From a virus (lineage: Duplodnaviria; Caudoviricetes): a stretch of DNA of 64,000 nucleotides. The position numbers and the translations under genes were made by a program. The stretch is from positions 64,001-128,000 of IMG/VR virus record IMGVR_UViG_3300028805_000057; one strand, 5' to 3'. Position 1 is the stretch's first letter, and each line of letters starts with the position of its first letter. Under the pieces are notes generated by a model that worked only from the letters and a program-made list of their open reading frames with translations, ran no database searches and had not been told where the DNA came from. This document shows, piece by piece, positions 1 through 9,425 of this stretch.

Positions 1-114
1 TATTTTGGTTCACCGATCCTACAGGTAGCTGTCCAATTTGTAAAATAAAAAGAAGTGACTTTGGTTTCAAGTGGCCTGTTAAGGATTAAAGATATTTGAA
101 GGAGAAATAAAAAT

Positions 115-396
115 ATGACTTTTGGTGCATTAAAAGAAATAATAGATAAAAATAAAATTCCGGATGATGTTTTATTATTATCTCATAGCGGATGGGAATG
201 CGATGCAACACATATGGATGGAATATGGTATTGCAAAGATAAAAATGTAATTGTTTTTACACAAGGAGATGATCCTGAATTTGATTTTAAAGAATCACAA
301 GATGATCTTAATATAGCACTTCGTGATCATTTTAAAGATTATAGACGTATGAAGTTTGTTAAATTAAATGGTATTGATGCTGTAACAATAAAATGA
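115..396 (+). CDS. hypothetical phage protein
   Basis: 93-aa ORF with GAAGGAG RBS upstream; no recognised motif. Confidence 0.6.
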   Translation: MTFGALKEIIDKNKIPDDVLLLSHSGWECDATHMDGIWYCKDKNVIVFTQGDDPEFDFKESQDDLNIALRDHFKDYRRMKFVKLNGIDAVTIK

Positions 397-414
397 TATT
401 TAAAGGAGAATAAT

Positions 415-657
415 ATGGGTTTAAATGATTTTTATAAATATTTAGAAAGTAAATTAATACAAGATTATATTGTTGAACTTCGTTATAAATATTTTTATGA
501 AACCGGTTGGCGTTATAGTAATGAGATTCTTGAATGGGATCCTGATTTAAAAGTTTATGAATGGCGTAATGATTGGGATGAAGGTTATGATAAAGTTGAA
601 GTATTAGGTTACATAGCAATCGCAAATGTAAAAGTTCCGAGATTTGAAGGAGAATAA
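415..657 (+). CDS. hypothetical phage protein
   Basis: 80-aa ORF, AAGGAG RBS, W/Y-rich (WRNDWDEG). Confidence 0.6.
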   Translation: MGLNDFYKYLESKLIQDYIVELRYKYFYETGWRYSNEILEWDPDLKVYEWRNDWDEGYDKVEVLGYIAIANVKVPRFEGE

Positions 658-660
658 TTT

Positions 661-1218
661 ATGGGTAAAAAGAAATTTGATACCGGTACTATAACAATAA
701 ATGATAAAGATAGATATGCATATAAGATTGTAAAATGTTGTGATAAAAATGGTAATGATTTAAAGTTTGATTATTTTTGTCATGACATTTATGCCATAAT
801 ACGTTTGATAATACCTGAAGAAGCAATTATTGTAACTCCAAGTAATATAATTATAGAAACTAGGTCAAGGTCAGATTTATTTGTAAAAAGAAGATGTAAT
901 AAATTATATTTTGATAGAGTTATGAGCTATTTTTATATAACGAATACAATACATGGCGGACCGACAATAGCAAGAATTTATACAAAAGATTTAGATAGGT
1001 TTTTAAAAGATGAACATTCAGACAGATCATTAATTGAATATCATAGCTATTATAGAAATTTTATAGAAAATTATCATATTATAACATATAAACAAAATAC
1101 ATTAATAAAACCTGCTGAAGGTTATTTAGACATGGATGTTTCAAAGGAATGTGCTTGTGGTTTACATTTCTTTTTTACTTTAAAAGAGTTGTATAACTAT
1201 TTAGATTATTTAATTTAA
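661..1218 (+). CDS. hypothetical protein, possibly DUF5758-like
   Basis: RBS GAAGGAG; C-terminal ECACGLHFF motif recalls DUF5758-type phage proteins. Confidence 0.45.
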   Translation: MGKKKFDTGTITINDKDRYAYKIVKCCDKNGNDLKFDYFCHDIYAIIRLIIPEEAIIVTPSNIIIETRSRSDLFVKRRCNKLYFDRVMSYFYITNTIHGGPTIARIYTKDLDRFLKDEHSDRSLIEYHSYYRNFIENYHIITYKQNTLIKPAEGYLDMDVSKECACGLHFFFTLKELYNYLDYLI

Positions 1219-1236
1219 TAGTCAGGGAGGAATATA

Positions 1237-1443
1237 ATGAAATTAAATAAAATAGATGATATACTTTGTAAATATAATTTTAAATTATCAAATACAAACA
1301 TGAACAAAGATGATACTGATTCTGTTTATAATGAGTTTCGGAATAAAACACTTGATGAAATAGTACATGATTATGCAAATCAAAGAAATTGTATAAAAGA
1401 AATAATGAAAGTTTTATATAATGTTCGAGAAATTGATAGATGA
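1237..1443 (+). CDS. hypothetical protein
   Basis: 68-aa ORF with GGGAGG RBS. Confidence 0.55.
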   Translation: MKLNKIDDILCKYNFKLSNTNMNKDDTDSVYNEFRNKTLDEIVHDYANQRNCIKEIMKVLYNVREIDR

Positions 1444-1468
1444 TAATTTTGTAAAGGAGACAAATAAA

Positions 1469-1633
1469 ATGATGAAAATTGAGATTGAACTGAGTGAAAA
1501 AGATTTTGAAAAAATACGTAAAACTTCCATGTCTATTGACGATATGGATAATACCGTAATTGGCAGAGTTTATACATCGATAATAAAGGGATATAAAAAA
1601 GACCATCCTGAGGAATTTGGAGTAACTTCATAA
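1469..1633 (+). CDS. hypothetical protein
   Basis: ORF track 1421..1633; AAGGAG RBS favours the ATG at 1469 (MMKIEIEL). Confidence 0.5.
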   Translation: MMKIEIELSEKDFEKIRKTSMSIDDMDNTVIGRVYTSIIKGYKKDHPEEFGVTS

Positions 1634-1656
1634 AAATAATTATATAGGAGAAGAAA

Positions 1657-2193
1657 ATGACAGATACAGAAATAAAACAAATAGAAACTATTTGCGAAGT
1701 AGCTAATATTAAAGATATTGGTGATTTAAGTGATGGTTATCATACATTTAATCAACTTTATCATCAAAGAGCTGTTTTGTTTGCAACTATTGTAAATCAG
1801 AATAAAGATATTTCATGGAAATCATTTAAGCATTCTGATGGTAAATATTGTTTTGACAGTAATGGTGAATGGTTTATTGTTGGCATTGATACACCAGAAG
1901 GTAGTTATACATATCATTATGAAAAGAGTTATTGGGATATGTTTAAATGCCAAGAATTAGAATGTGGTAAAGAATGGGATGGACATACTGAAGAAGATGT
2001 AACGAGATTATTGTCTTTAGAAAAGACAGATGACGAAGAAAAAGTTATAAAAACAGAATTTATTGATATAACACGTTATTGCCGTAAATATAAAAAGTGT
2101 GGTAATTGTGAAGAGGAATTTATGGAACAATATACTTATAGATGGTTCTTTTGTCCAAGATGTGGTGCAAAGTTTATTAATGTAACTCAATAA
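1657..2193 (+). CDS. conserved phage protein (WDGH-motif) with C-terminal zinc ribbon
   Basis: SDGYHTFxxLYxxR and WDGHT motifs; C-terminal CxxC..CPxCG. Confidence 0.65.
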   Translation: MTDTEIKQIETICEVANIKDIGDLSDGYHTFNQLYHQRAVLFATIVNQNKDISWKSFKHSDGKYCFDSNGEWFIVGIDTPEGSYTYHYEKSYWDMFKCQELECGKEWDGHTEEDVTRLLSLEKTDDEEKVIKTEFIDITRYCRKYKKCGNCEEEFMEQYTYRWFFCPRCGAKFINVTQ

Positions 2194-2210
2194 AAATATT
2201 TTAGGAGGAA

Positions 2211-2393
2211 ATGATGAAACAAATTGTTTATACAGTAATACAATATTTTCCTAATACTAATGAAGAACCCATAGTTACAGTTTTTGATAATAAGGATAAT
2301 GCTGAATCTTGTTTTAAATATTATAAAAGTCTTGGTAGAATGGTGTGCATGGATGAATGTCTTGTATGTAAGACGTTTAAAATACTTTTATAA
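2211..2393 (+). CDS. hypothetical protein
   Basis: 60-aa ORF, AGGAGG RBS. Confidence 0.55.
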   Translation: MMKQIVYTVIQYFPNTNEEPIVTVFDNKDNAESCFKYYKSLGRMVCMDECLVCKTFKILL

Positions 2394-2418
2394 GATGAAA
2401 ACATTTTAGGAGAAAAAG

Positions 2419-2538
2419 ATGAATGATTTAGCAATTACAGGAATATTCATTGTTTTAATGACTATACTCACAGTCGGTTATAATCATATTGTAACTAAAA
2501 TTGAAAAGAAGAAGAAACTAAATAAAAACACAGATTAA
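2419..2538 (+). CDS. small membrane protein (39 aa)
   Basis: Not in ORF track; AGGAG RBS, MNDLAITGIFIVLMTILTVGY hydrophobic helix followed by a Lys-rich tail. Confidence 0.5.
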   Translation: MNDLAITGIFIVLMTILTVGYNHIVTKIEKKKKLNKNTD

Positions 2539-2553
2539 TAAATGATATTTTGT

Positions 2554-2626
2554 AGCCCCTTAGCCAAGTGGTGAAGGCGGCGGTCTTTGACACCGTTATT
2601 CACTGGTTCGAATCCAGTAGGGGCTG
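2554..2626 (+). tRNA. tRNA-Gln (anticodon TTG)
   Basis: Acceptor AGCCCCT/AGGGGCT, D-arm GCC..GGC, anticodon stem GCGGT/ACCGT with loop CT-TTG-AC, T-loop GGTTCGAATCC; CCA not encoded. Confidence 0.93.
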
Positions 2627-2750
2627 TAATGCGCACGGATGGCCGTGGACACAATGGCAGTTGAAGCACAGAGGAGCTTTTGGTGCGCTATATAAATAAA
2701 TATGGGCCTCAAGCTGAAAGTGGTATGTCCCTCATGAGTAAGCAATTATC

Positions 2751-2867
2751 ATTCAGGTGGCGGAATAGGTAGACGTTTTTAGTGATAAGGTTAAAGATAT
2801 ATAAAACCATTAAGAATAATCTTAGCAAAACTTTATATCATATAAGGTGCAGATCCTTATCCTGAAT
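2751..2867 (+). ncRNA. tRNA-like structured RNA, copy 1
   Basis: ATTCAGG/CCTGAAT acceptor, Leu-like D-arm TGGCGGAATAGGTAGACG, T-arm ATAAGG-TGCAGAT-CCTTAT, long AT-rich centre with no anticodon arm. Confidence 0.7.
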
Positions 2868-2891
2868 GATATTTTAAAAAGGAGAAATAAT

Positions 2892-3212
2892 ATGGGAAAT
2901 AGTATTTATTATGGAATTTATTCAAAAGAATGTAATAATGATAAAGTATTGCCTTATTTGGATATAGACTATATTTGTGTTGATTTAAATATTAGTAAGG
3001 ATTCGCAAAGAGAGTTCTTTAACATTTTGAGAAAGTATTCTATTGAAAAAGGAGAAACTGTAGAAAGATATTTTGATTTGCATTATTATCATTGTTTTAT
3101 AATTACATACTACGAAGATTATTTTAATTTTTATAATGAAGTTAATGTAGTTTTACCTGATGATATAGAATGTGATTTTGATAATGATATTTTGATATTT
3201 TGGGTAGTGTAA
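2892..3212 (+). CDS. hypothetical protein
   Basis: ORF track 2847..3212; AAGGAG RBS supports the ATG at 2892 (MGNSIYY). Confidence 0.55.
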   Translation: MGNSIYYGIYSKECNNDKVLPYLDIDYICVDLNISKDSQREFFNILRKYSIEKGETVERYFDLHYYHCFIITYYEDYFNFYNEVNVVLPDDIECDFDNDILIFWVV

Positions 3213-3224
3213 AAGACTGCTCTT

Positions 3225-3368
3225 CGCGCACGTATACGCGTATGTACGCGCACACGCCCGCCTAGCGCATCCGCGTGATCACGCCCACGCACGCATTATG
3301 CACGCACGCCCGGACCCGCGCTACACGCACGTGCGCCTGAGTTTAATGTAATGTTTCTTACGCGCGAG
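3225..3368. repeat. GC-rich alternating purine/pyrimidine low-complexity tract (CACG/CGCG/GCAC)
   Basis: Intergenic CGCGCACGTATACGCGTATGTACGCGCACACG... in an AT-rich background. Confidence 0.8.
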
Positions 3369-3427
3369 AAAAATAAATAAAAATAATTTTTAAAGTTTTT
3401 TACACAAAATAAAAAGGAGGAATAATT

Positions 3428-3607
3428 ATGGAAAATACAATTAAATCAAGTTATTCAATAAGGTTAATAGATGGAAGTGATTCTGTCAATGACTTTGAAA
3501 CATATGACGATGCAGTTAAATATGCAAAAGATAAATATCCTAACTCATCATACAAAATTGTTAAAATAACAGAAGAAACATTGGTTACCGTACTTCTAAG
3601 GAGATAA
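3428..3607 (+). CDS. hypothetical protein (59 aa)
   Basis: Not in ORF track; AAGGAGG RBS, MENTIKSSYS...VLLRR, ends just before the helicase start. Confidence 0.55.
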   Translation: MENTIKSSYSIRLIDGSDSVNDFETYDDAVKYAKDKYPNSSYKIVKITEETLVTVLLRR

Positions 3608-3608
3608 T

Positions 3609-4862
3609 ATGGTTAAACTAAGGGAACACCAGAAGAAAGCACTTACCCAAATGAAGAATGGTTGTATTCTTTGTGGTGGTGTAGGTTCTGGTAAAAGTAT
3701 TACAAGTGTTGCTTATTATTTTTTAAAAGCTGGTGGCTCTATTGAACCATTCAGATTTCCTAAACAAATGAAAGATCTCTATATTATTACGACAGCAAGA
3801 AAAAGAGATACATTTGAATGGGACGACGACATATTACATTTTGGTTTAGCAAGAAATGGTCAAAATTTTGGTGGTAAAGTTGTAATTGATTCTTGGAATA
3901 ACTTACACAAATATGTCGAACATAAAGAAGGTAGAGGTTGGAAACCATTAGTAAAAGATGCTTACTTTATTTTTGATGAGCAAAGAGTAATCGGTACAGG
4001 AACTTGGGTTAAATCATTTTTGTGTTTAACAAAAGTAAATGAATGGATATTATTAAGTGCAACACCTGGCGACACTTGGCTAGATTACATTCCAGTATTT
4101 ATTGCTAATGGTTTCTACACAAATTTTACAGATTTCAGATTACAACATGTTATATACTCTCCTTTTGTTAAATTTAGAAAAGTTGAGAGATATGTAAATG
4201 TACCAAAACTAGAAAGATTACGAGCAAGCATATTAGTAGATATGCCTTTTGATAGAAAAACAGTTCAACATCATGAAGACATATATGTAACTTATGATAG
4301 TGCATTATATGACAAAATAATGAACACTAGATTTGACTTTGAAAAAGGTGAACCATTTAAGAATGCTGCTGAATTATGTTCTGCTTTAAGAAAAGTATGT
4401 AATATGTCACCTGAGAAATTCGACATATTACTACAGATAATAAAAGATAGGCGAAAAGTTATACTCTTTTATAATTTTAACTACGAGCTTGAAGCTTTAG
4501 TAGATCTACTTACAAAAATGGAAATACCGTTCTCGCAATGGAATGGACATAAACATGAAGAAATACCACAAACAGATAACTGGGTTTATATAGTTCAGTA
4601 CAGTGCAGGTAATGAAGGTTGGAATTGTATACTAACAGATACGATTGTATTCTTTAGTCAAAACTATTCATATAAAGTTATGACACAAGCAGCTGGACGA
4701 ATTGATAGATTAACAACACCATTTACAGATTTATGGTATTATCATTTTAAAACTAAATCGGGTATAGATAGAGGAATTGCAAGAGCTATTAAACAAAAGA
4801 AGAAATTTAATGAAGAAAAATATTATGGATACTTATTTCCAAAGAATAGAGATGAACGTTAA
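3609..4862 (+). CDS. SF2 (SNF2-like) DNA helicase
   Basis: LREHQ Q-motif, Walker A GGVGSGKS, FDE Walker B, LSATP motif III, EGWN, QAAGRIDR motif VI. Confidence 0.9.
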   Translation: MVKLREHQKKALTQMKNGCILCGGVGSGKSITSVAYYFLKAGGSIEPFRFPKQMKDLYIITTARKRDTFEWDDDILHFGLARNGQNFGGKVVIDSWNNLHKYVEHKEGRGWKPLVKDAYFIFDEQRVIGTGTWVKSFLCLTKVNEWILLSATPGDTWLDYIPVFIANGFYTNFTDFRLQHVIYSPFVKFRKVERYVNVPKLERLRASILVDMPFDRKTVQHHEDIYVTYDSALYDKIMNTRFDFEKGEPFKNAAELCSALRKVCNMSPEKFDILLQIIKDRRKVILFYNFNYELEALVDLLTKMEIPFSQWNGHKHEEIPQTDNWVYIVQYSAGNEGWNCILTDTIVFFSQNYSYKVMTQAAGRIDRLTTPFTDLWYYHFKTKSGIDRGIARAIKQKKKFNEEKYYGYLFPKNRDER

Positions 4863-5056
4863 TGAATTATGAAAAATGTGAATCATGTAAGAATTACGAT
4901 CCAATAGATAACAAGTGTTATATTAGTGATGGATTAATTATTAAACAACATTCATTACAAGAGAATTGCAATAATTATAATCCATCAACTTCTAGGATTC
5001 GCTCTCGTCAAACAAGTAGACTTTACCTTATTAATCAAAGTGTTAAAAATCCCTAA
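4862..5056 (+). CDS. small Cys-rich hypothetical protein
   Basis: CxxC..C..C; TAATG translational coupling to the helicase. Confidence 0.5.
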   Translation: MNYEKCESCKNYDPIDNKCYISDGLIIKQHSLQENCNNYNPSTSRIRSRQTSRLYLINQSVKNP

Positions 5057-5272
5057 CACTTCGAGATTCGCGAAAAAATTCGCTTCTATTGTAGAGAGGG
5101 GTAGAATCAAGCCCCAGGTCATGTTAAGGAGATAAATGAGGTCTTCTTAGCATTCTGGGTGTTCTTGGTTAGTCCTTTAAATTTTTTTGAGAATATAAGC
5201 AGACGATTTTATATTCTCTAATTCTTTTTTGTAAATATCAACATAGCAACAAAATTAAAAGGAGACGACTGC

Positions 5273-5575
5273 ATGAAACATTACAAAAAAGAAAGTGATT
5301 TCCAAGCTGATGTAATTAAAATGGTTGAAGAAAGGTTCCCTGGTTGTTATTGTGTTAAACAAGATACCAGACAAGGAACACCTGATTTGTTAATCTTACA
5401 TCAAAAGCATTGGGCGATGCTTGAGAATAAGATTGATGAGAATGCAGATCACCAACCAAATCAAGATTGGTATGTAAATCACTTTAATGAAATGTCCTTC
5501 TCAGCATTTGTCTATCCGGAAAATGTAGAGGAGGTACTAAATGAAATGGAACGATCATTTCAAGCTGCCGAGTGA
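5273..5575 (+). CDS. VRR-NUC-type nuclease / Holliday junction resolvase
   Basis: ESDFQ..GTPDLLIL..MLENK..Q PD-(D/E)XK pattern. Confidence 0.8.
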   Translation: MKHYKKESDFQADVIKMVEERFPGCYCVKQDTRQGTPDLLILHQKHWAMLENKIDENADHQPNQDWYVNHFNEMSFSAFVYPENVEEVLNEMERSFQAAE

Positions 5576-6101
5576 TCATGCTTTTCTTGGAGCAAGCACA
5601 CATGCATGGTTAAATGATGATCCTGCAAAACTTAAGAATCGATATTTAAGATGGCTTGCAAAAGAAAGAGGAACACGATTACATGATTTAGCAGCTCGAT
5701 TAATCAAAGAAGGTATTGAACTTCCACAAACAACTAAAACTTTTGATCAATATGTAAATGATGCAATTGGTTTTAGAATGAGGCCTGAACAAAAATTATA
5801 TTATAGTGATAATTGTTTTGGTACTGCGGATGCAATAGCCTTTGATGAAAAAATAAAGTTTCTACGAATTCATGATTTAAAGACTGGTGAGATTCCTGCA
5901 AAGATGGAACAGTTATATATTTATGCTGCTTTATTTTGTTTGGAATATCATCAGAAGCCTGGAGATCTTGGATTCGAATTACGAATCTATCAGAATAATG
6001 GAATTGATATTGCTAATCCTAATGCGGAGATTATATTACCGATTATGGATAAGATTATATCATTCGATAAATTAATTAACAACATTAAAGGAGAATTGTA
6101 A
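5541..6101 (+). CDS. PD-(D/E)XK (Cas4/DUF2800-like) nuclease
   Basis: HAFLGAS, GTRLH, FGTADAI..IHDLKTG..QLYIYA. Confidence 0.8.
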   Translation: MKWNDHFKLPSDHAFLGASTHAWLNDDPAKLKNRYLRWLAKERGTRLHDLAARLIKEGIELPQTTKTFDQYVNDAIGFRMRPEQKLYYSDNCFGTADAIAFDEKIKFLRIHDLKTGEIPAKMEQLYIYAALFCLEYHQKPGDLGFELRIYQNNGIDIANPNAEIILPIMDKIISFDKLINNIKGEL

Positions 6102-9025
6102 TGGATACTAGCGGCATGTCATTTGATGACAAAATCAAAGCTTATATTCGACTCCATGAGACAGAGTCTTCATTACAACATTATGGAACCCCGAGACATT
6201 CTGGTAGATATCCATGGGGTTCTGGTGAAAATCCTTATCAAAGAAATGAGGACTTTCATAGGGTTTACAATGATTTAAAATCTCAGGGATATTCTGATAA
6301 AGAGATGGCTGAGATGTTTGGTTGTTCTATTAATGAACTTAAAGCAAGACGTTCAATGTCTTCACAGCAAGAAAAAGAAAGACAGAGAGTTCGTGTTGTT
6401 AGACTTCATGACCAAAAAGGAATGGGTTGGACAGCTATTGCACAAGAGATGGGATTAAAGAATGAATCTACAGCTCGTTCAATTTACAAGAATGCAAAAG
6501 CTCCTAAGAAACAACTCAATCAGCAAGTTGCAGATAGACTTGAAAAGATTCTTAAGGAAAAAGGCGGATATTTGGATATTTCAACAGGAACAGAACTTGG
6601 ATATCCTTGGTCTGAAGATGCTCCTAAGACTGGTATTAGTTCAAGTCAGATGAGAACAGCATCTATTATGTTAAGAGAAAAAGGATATTCTGTACAGGTA
6701 ATTAACTTACCTCAGGTTACAAATCCAGGTCAGTATACAAATACAACTGTACTTGCTCCTGCTGGAACAACCAAAAAGGATATTTTCAATAATCTTGATA
6801 AACTTCATTCAGTTGAAGATTATACACCAGATGCTGGTAAGACTTGGTGGGTTCCTGAATGGCCTGCTTCAATTGATAGAAAGAGAGTTTATGTAAGATG
6901 GCCTGATGAAGGTGGAGCCGAGAGAGATGGTATGGTTGAAATAAGACCTGGTGTTAAAGACCTTTCTCTTGGAAACTCTACTTATGCACAAGTTAGAATT
7001 GCAGTACATGGATGCGATGTTGCTGGAAAGACAGATGATTACGGAAATCCTGAACCTTCAGATCGTTATATTAAAGGAATGGCTGTATATTCTGATGAGA
7101 TACCCGATGGCTATGATATTGTTGTAAACTGTTCTAAAGCAAGATCAAAAGGTGATGCTAAAGCATTTAAACCAATAAAAGATACAACAGATGTAAATGC
7201 TGTCTTTGGTGCAAGAATTATGACTAACGGACAGGATCATTATATTGGTGATGATGGAAAAGATCATCTTGGTTTAATAAATAAGGTTAATGCAGAAGGA
7301 ACTTGGCAGGATTGGTCTAAAACTTTACCTTCACAGTTCTTAAGCAAACAGCCTAAAGAGCTTATTAAGAAACAGCTTAACTTAACATATGCTGATGCAC
7401 TTGATGAGTTCAATGAAATTAAGAATTATACAAATGATGTTGTTAGACAGAAAGCTCTTGAAGAGTTTGCAAGTCAGTGTGATAGTGCTGCAGTAGATTT
7501 AAAAGCAGCTGCATTACCTAGACAGCAGTCACATGTTATAATTCCAATTAACACATTAAAAGACAATGAAGTATTTGCACCTGGATATGATGATGGTGAG
7601 GAAGTTATATTAATCAGATATCCTCATGAAGGAACATTCCAGATACCTAGACTTATTGTAAATAATAAAAATAAAGAAGGTATTAAATTTATTGGCAAGC
7701 TTGCACCTGATGCAATTGGTATTAATCATAATGTTGCAGACATAATGTCAGGAGCAGACTTTGATGGAGATACTGTTACAGTAATACCTACAAGTAAGAT
7801 TGTCAATATTAAGAATAAACCACCTCTTGAAGGACTTAAAGGCTTTGATGCAAAAGCTGAGTATCCTTACAGACCTGGTATGAAACACTTGGATAAGAAG
7901 CAGACACAGACAGAAATGGGTGTCATCTCAAACCTTATTACTGATATGACAATCAAAGGTGCTACTGATGAAGAACTTACTCGTGCAGTAAAGTATGCAA
8001 ACACAGTTATTGATGCAGATAAACATAATCTTGATTACAAGAGAAGTTATGCAGAGAATGATATTGAAAGTTTAAAAAAGAAATACCAGCAGAAAGCTGA
8101 TTGGAATGGTAAAGGTAAATCATATGGTGGTGCTGGAACTTTACTTTCAAGAGCTAGTTCAGAGCAACATATTTTAGAACAGCAGTTAGCACAAGTAGAT
8201 GAGAAAACTGGAAACTTAAAGAAAGCTTGGAGACCTGATTCTTCTGGAGAATTAATGTATATGCCTACTGGAAGAACAAGAATGGTTCCTGAGAGAAACA
8301 AAGATGGTTCTATAAAACTTGACGAAAATGGCAAGAAAATATACAAGGAAGAACTTGTAAGACAGAAAGTTTCTAAAATGTCACAGGTTGAAGATGCAAG
8401 AGAGCTTATGTCTAATCCCGAGAAAGGTTACATTCAGGAAGAGTTGTATGCTGAGTATGCTAACAACATGAAACACCTTGCTATTCAGGCTCGTAAAGAA
8501 GCTTTCTCTATTAAACCCGAGAAGTGTAACCCTGAAGCAGCTGCAGCATATAAAGATGAAGTTGAATCACTTAATCGTAAACTTGAAAATGCACAGCGTA
8601 ACGCACCTAAGGAAAGACAAGCTCAGGTTCTTGCTAATGTATCTATGAAGGAGCTTAAGGAAGCTAATCCTGGCATGGACAATGAGAAGAAGAAGAAGCT
8701 TGCTCAGCTTGTAATGACTCAGGCTAGAGCTTCTGTTGGTGCTAACAAGAAGGATGTACAGGTAGAAATCACTCCTCGTGAATGGGAAGCCATACAGAAG
8801 AATGCTATCAGCCCTAGTAAGCTGCGCGAGATACTCAAGAATACTGATACCGATAAGGTTAAGAAGCTTGCATCTCCTAAGGTTCCTGCTAATACATTAC
8901 CCAAGACTAAGATTAATCGTATCAAGGCTATGGCTAATAGTGGTTACACCTTAGAGGAAATAGCAAAGGCACTTGATATTTCAAAGAGCAGTGTTTCGAA
9001 GTACATCAAAGGGAAGGAGGATTGA
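6101..9025 (+). CDS. putative single-subunit two-barrel (YonO/RdRP-like) RNA polymerase with HTH domains
   Basis: Catalytic-type GADFDGD motif preceded by IRYPH; HTH-like segments near the N-terminus and at the C-terminus (GYTLEEIAKALDISKSSVSKY); N-terminal SLQHYGTPRHSGRYPWG. Confidence 0.75.
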   Translation: MDTSGMSFDDKIKAYIRLHETESSLQHYGTPRHSGRYPWGSGENPYQRNEDFHRVYNDLKSQGYSDKEMAEMFGCSINELKARRSMSSQQEKERQRVRVVRLHDQKGMGWTAIAQEMGLKNESTARSIYKNAKAPKKQLNQQVADRLEKILKEKGGYLDISTGTELGYPWSEDAPKTGISSSQMRTASIMLREKGYSVQVINLPQVTNPGQYTNTTVLAPAGTTKKDIFNNLDKLHSVEDYTPDAGKTWWVPEWPASIDRKRVYVRWPDEGGAERDGMVEIRPGVKDLSLGNSTYAQVRIAVHGCDVAGKTDDYGNPEPSDRYIKGMAVYSDEIPDGYDIVVNCSKARSKGDAKAFKPIKDTTDVNAVFGARIMTNGQDHYIGDDGKDHLGLINKVNAEGTWQDWSKTLPSQFLSKQPKELIKKQLNLTYADALDEFNEIKNYTNDVVRQKALEEFASQCDSAAVDLKAAALPRQQSHVIIPINTLKDNEVFAPGYDDGEEVILIRYPHEGTFQIPRLIVNNKNKEGIKFIGKLAPDAIGINHNVADIMSGADFDGDTVTVIPTSKIVNIKNKPPLEGLKGFDAKAEYPYRPGMKHLDKKQTQTEMGVISNLITDMTIKGATDEELTRAVKYANTVIDADKHNLDYKRSYAENDIESLKKKYQQKADWNGKGKSYGGAGTLLSRASSEQHILEQQLAQVDEKTGNLKKAWRPDSSGELMYMPTGRTRMVPERNKDGSIKLDENGKKIYKEELVRQKVSKMSQVEDARELMSNPEKGYIQEELYAEYANNMKHLAIQARKEAFSIKPEKCNPEAAAAYKDEVESLNRKLENAQRNAPKERQAQVLANVSMKELKEANPGMDNEKKKKLAQLVMTQARASVGANKKDVQVEITPREWEAIQKNAISPSKLREILKNTDTDKVKKLASPKVPANTLPKTKINRIKAMANSGYTLEEIAKALDISKSSVSKYIKGKED

Positions 9026-9357
9026 GAGCTATGAGAGAAGTAATGTTAACAACAGTCGACAATCCGTTTAATCCATTTGATAATTTTGAAGAGTGGTTCA
9101 AAATTGATATGCAGTTTGGATACAATACTTGTGCTTTGGTAGCTCGTATTGCTCCATCTGCTACTGATGCATTGCCTGATAAGTTTGCTAACGCAATGCA
9201 AGAGGAATGTATCGACCGTTGGTGTCGTATGTTCCCACTCACTTACAAGAAAGTTGTTAGGGAGATACCTGACCCTGACTACAAAGCCATGTTAGAAGAG
9301 GACGAAGACTATAGCGATTACTATAGCGATGACGATAGCGAGACATCAGAAGATTAA
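9022..9357 (+). CDS. conserved phage protein, last gene before the putative genome end
   Basis: MLTTVDNPFNPFDNFEEW motif, acidic tail. Confidence 0.65.
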   Translation: MRAMREVMLTTVDNPFNPFDNFEEWFKIDMQFGYNTCALVARIAPSATDALPDKFANAMQEECIDRWCRMFPLTYKKVVREIPDPDYKAMLEEDEDYSDYYSDDDSETSED

Positions 9358-9425
9358 TAGCTATCTTTTTCTACTATGAATATCAAAATCATTTATTCAA
9401 AAGTAGAATGAAGCTAGCAATACCA

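Noticed and set aside
2751-2867. Functional or intron-containing tRNA-Leu (also 37007 and 40826)
   Set aside because: No anticodon stem-loop, 6-bp T-stem, and inserts far too short for a group I intron
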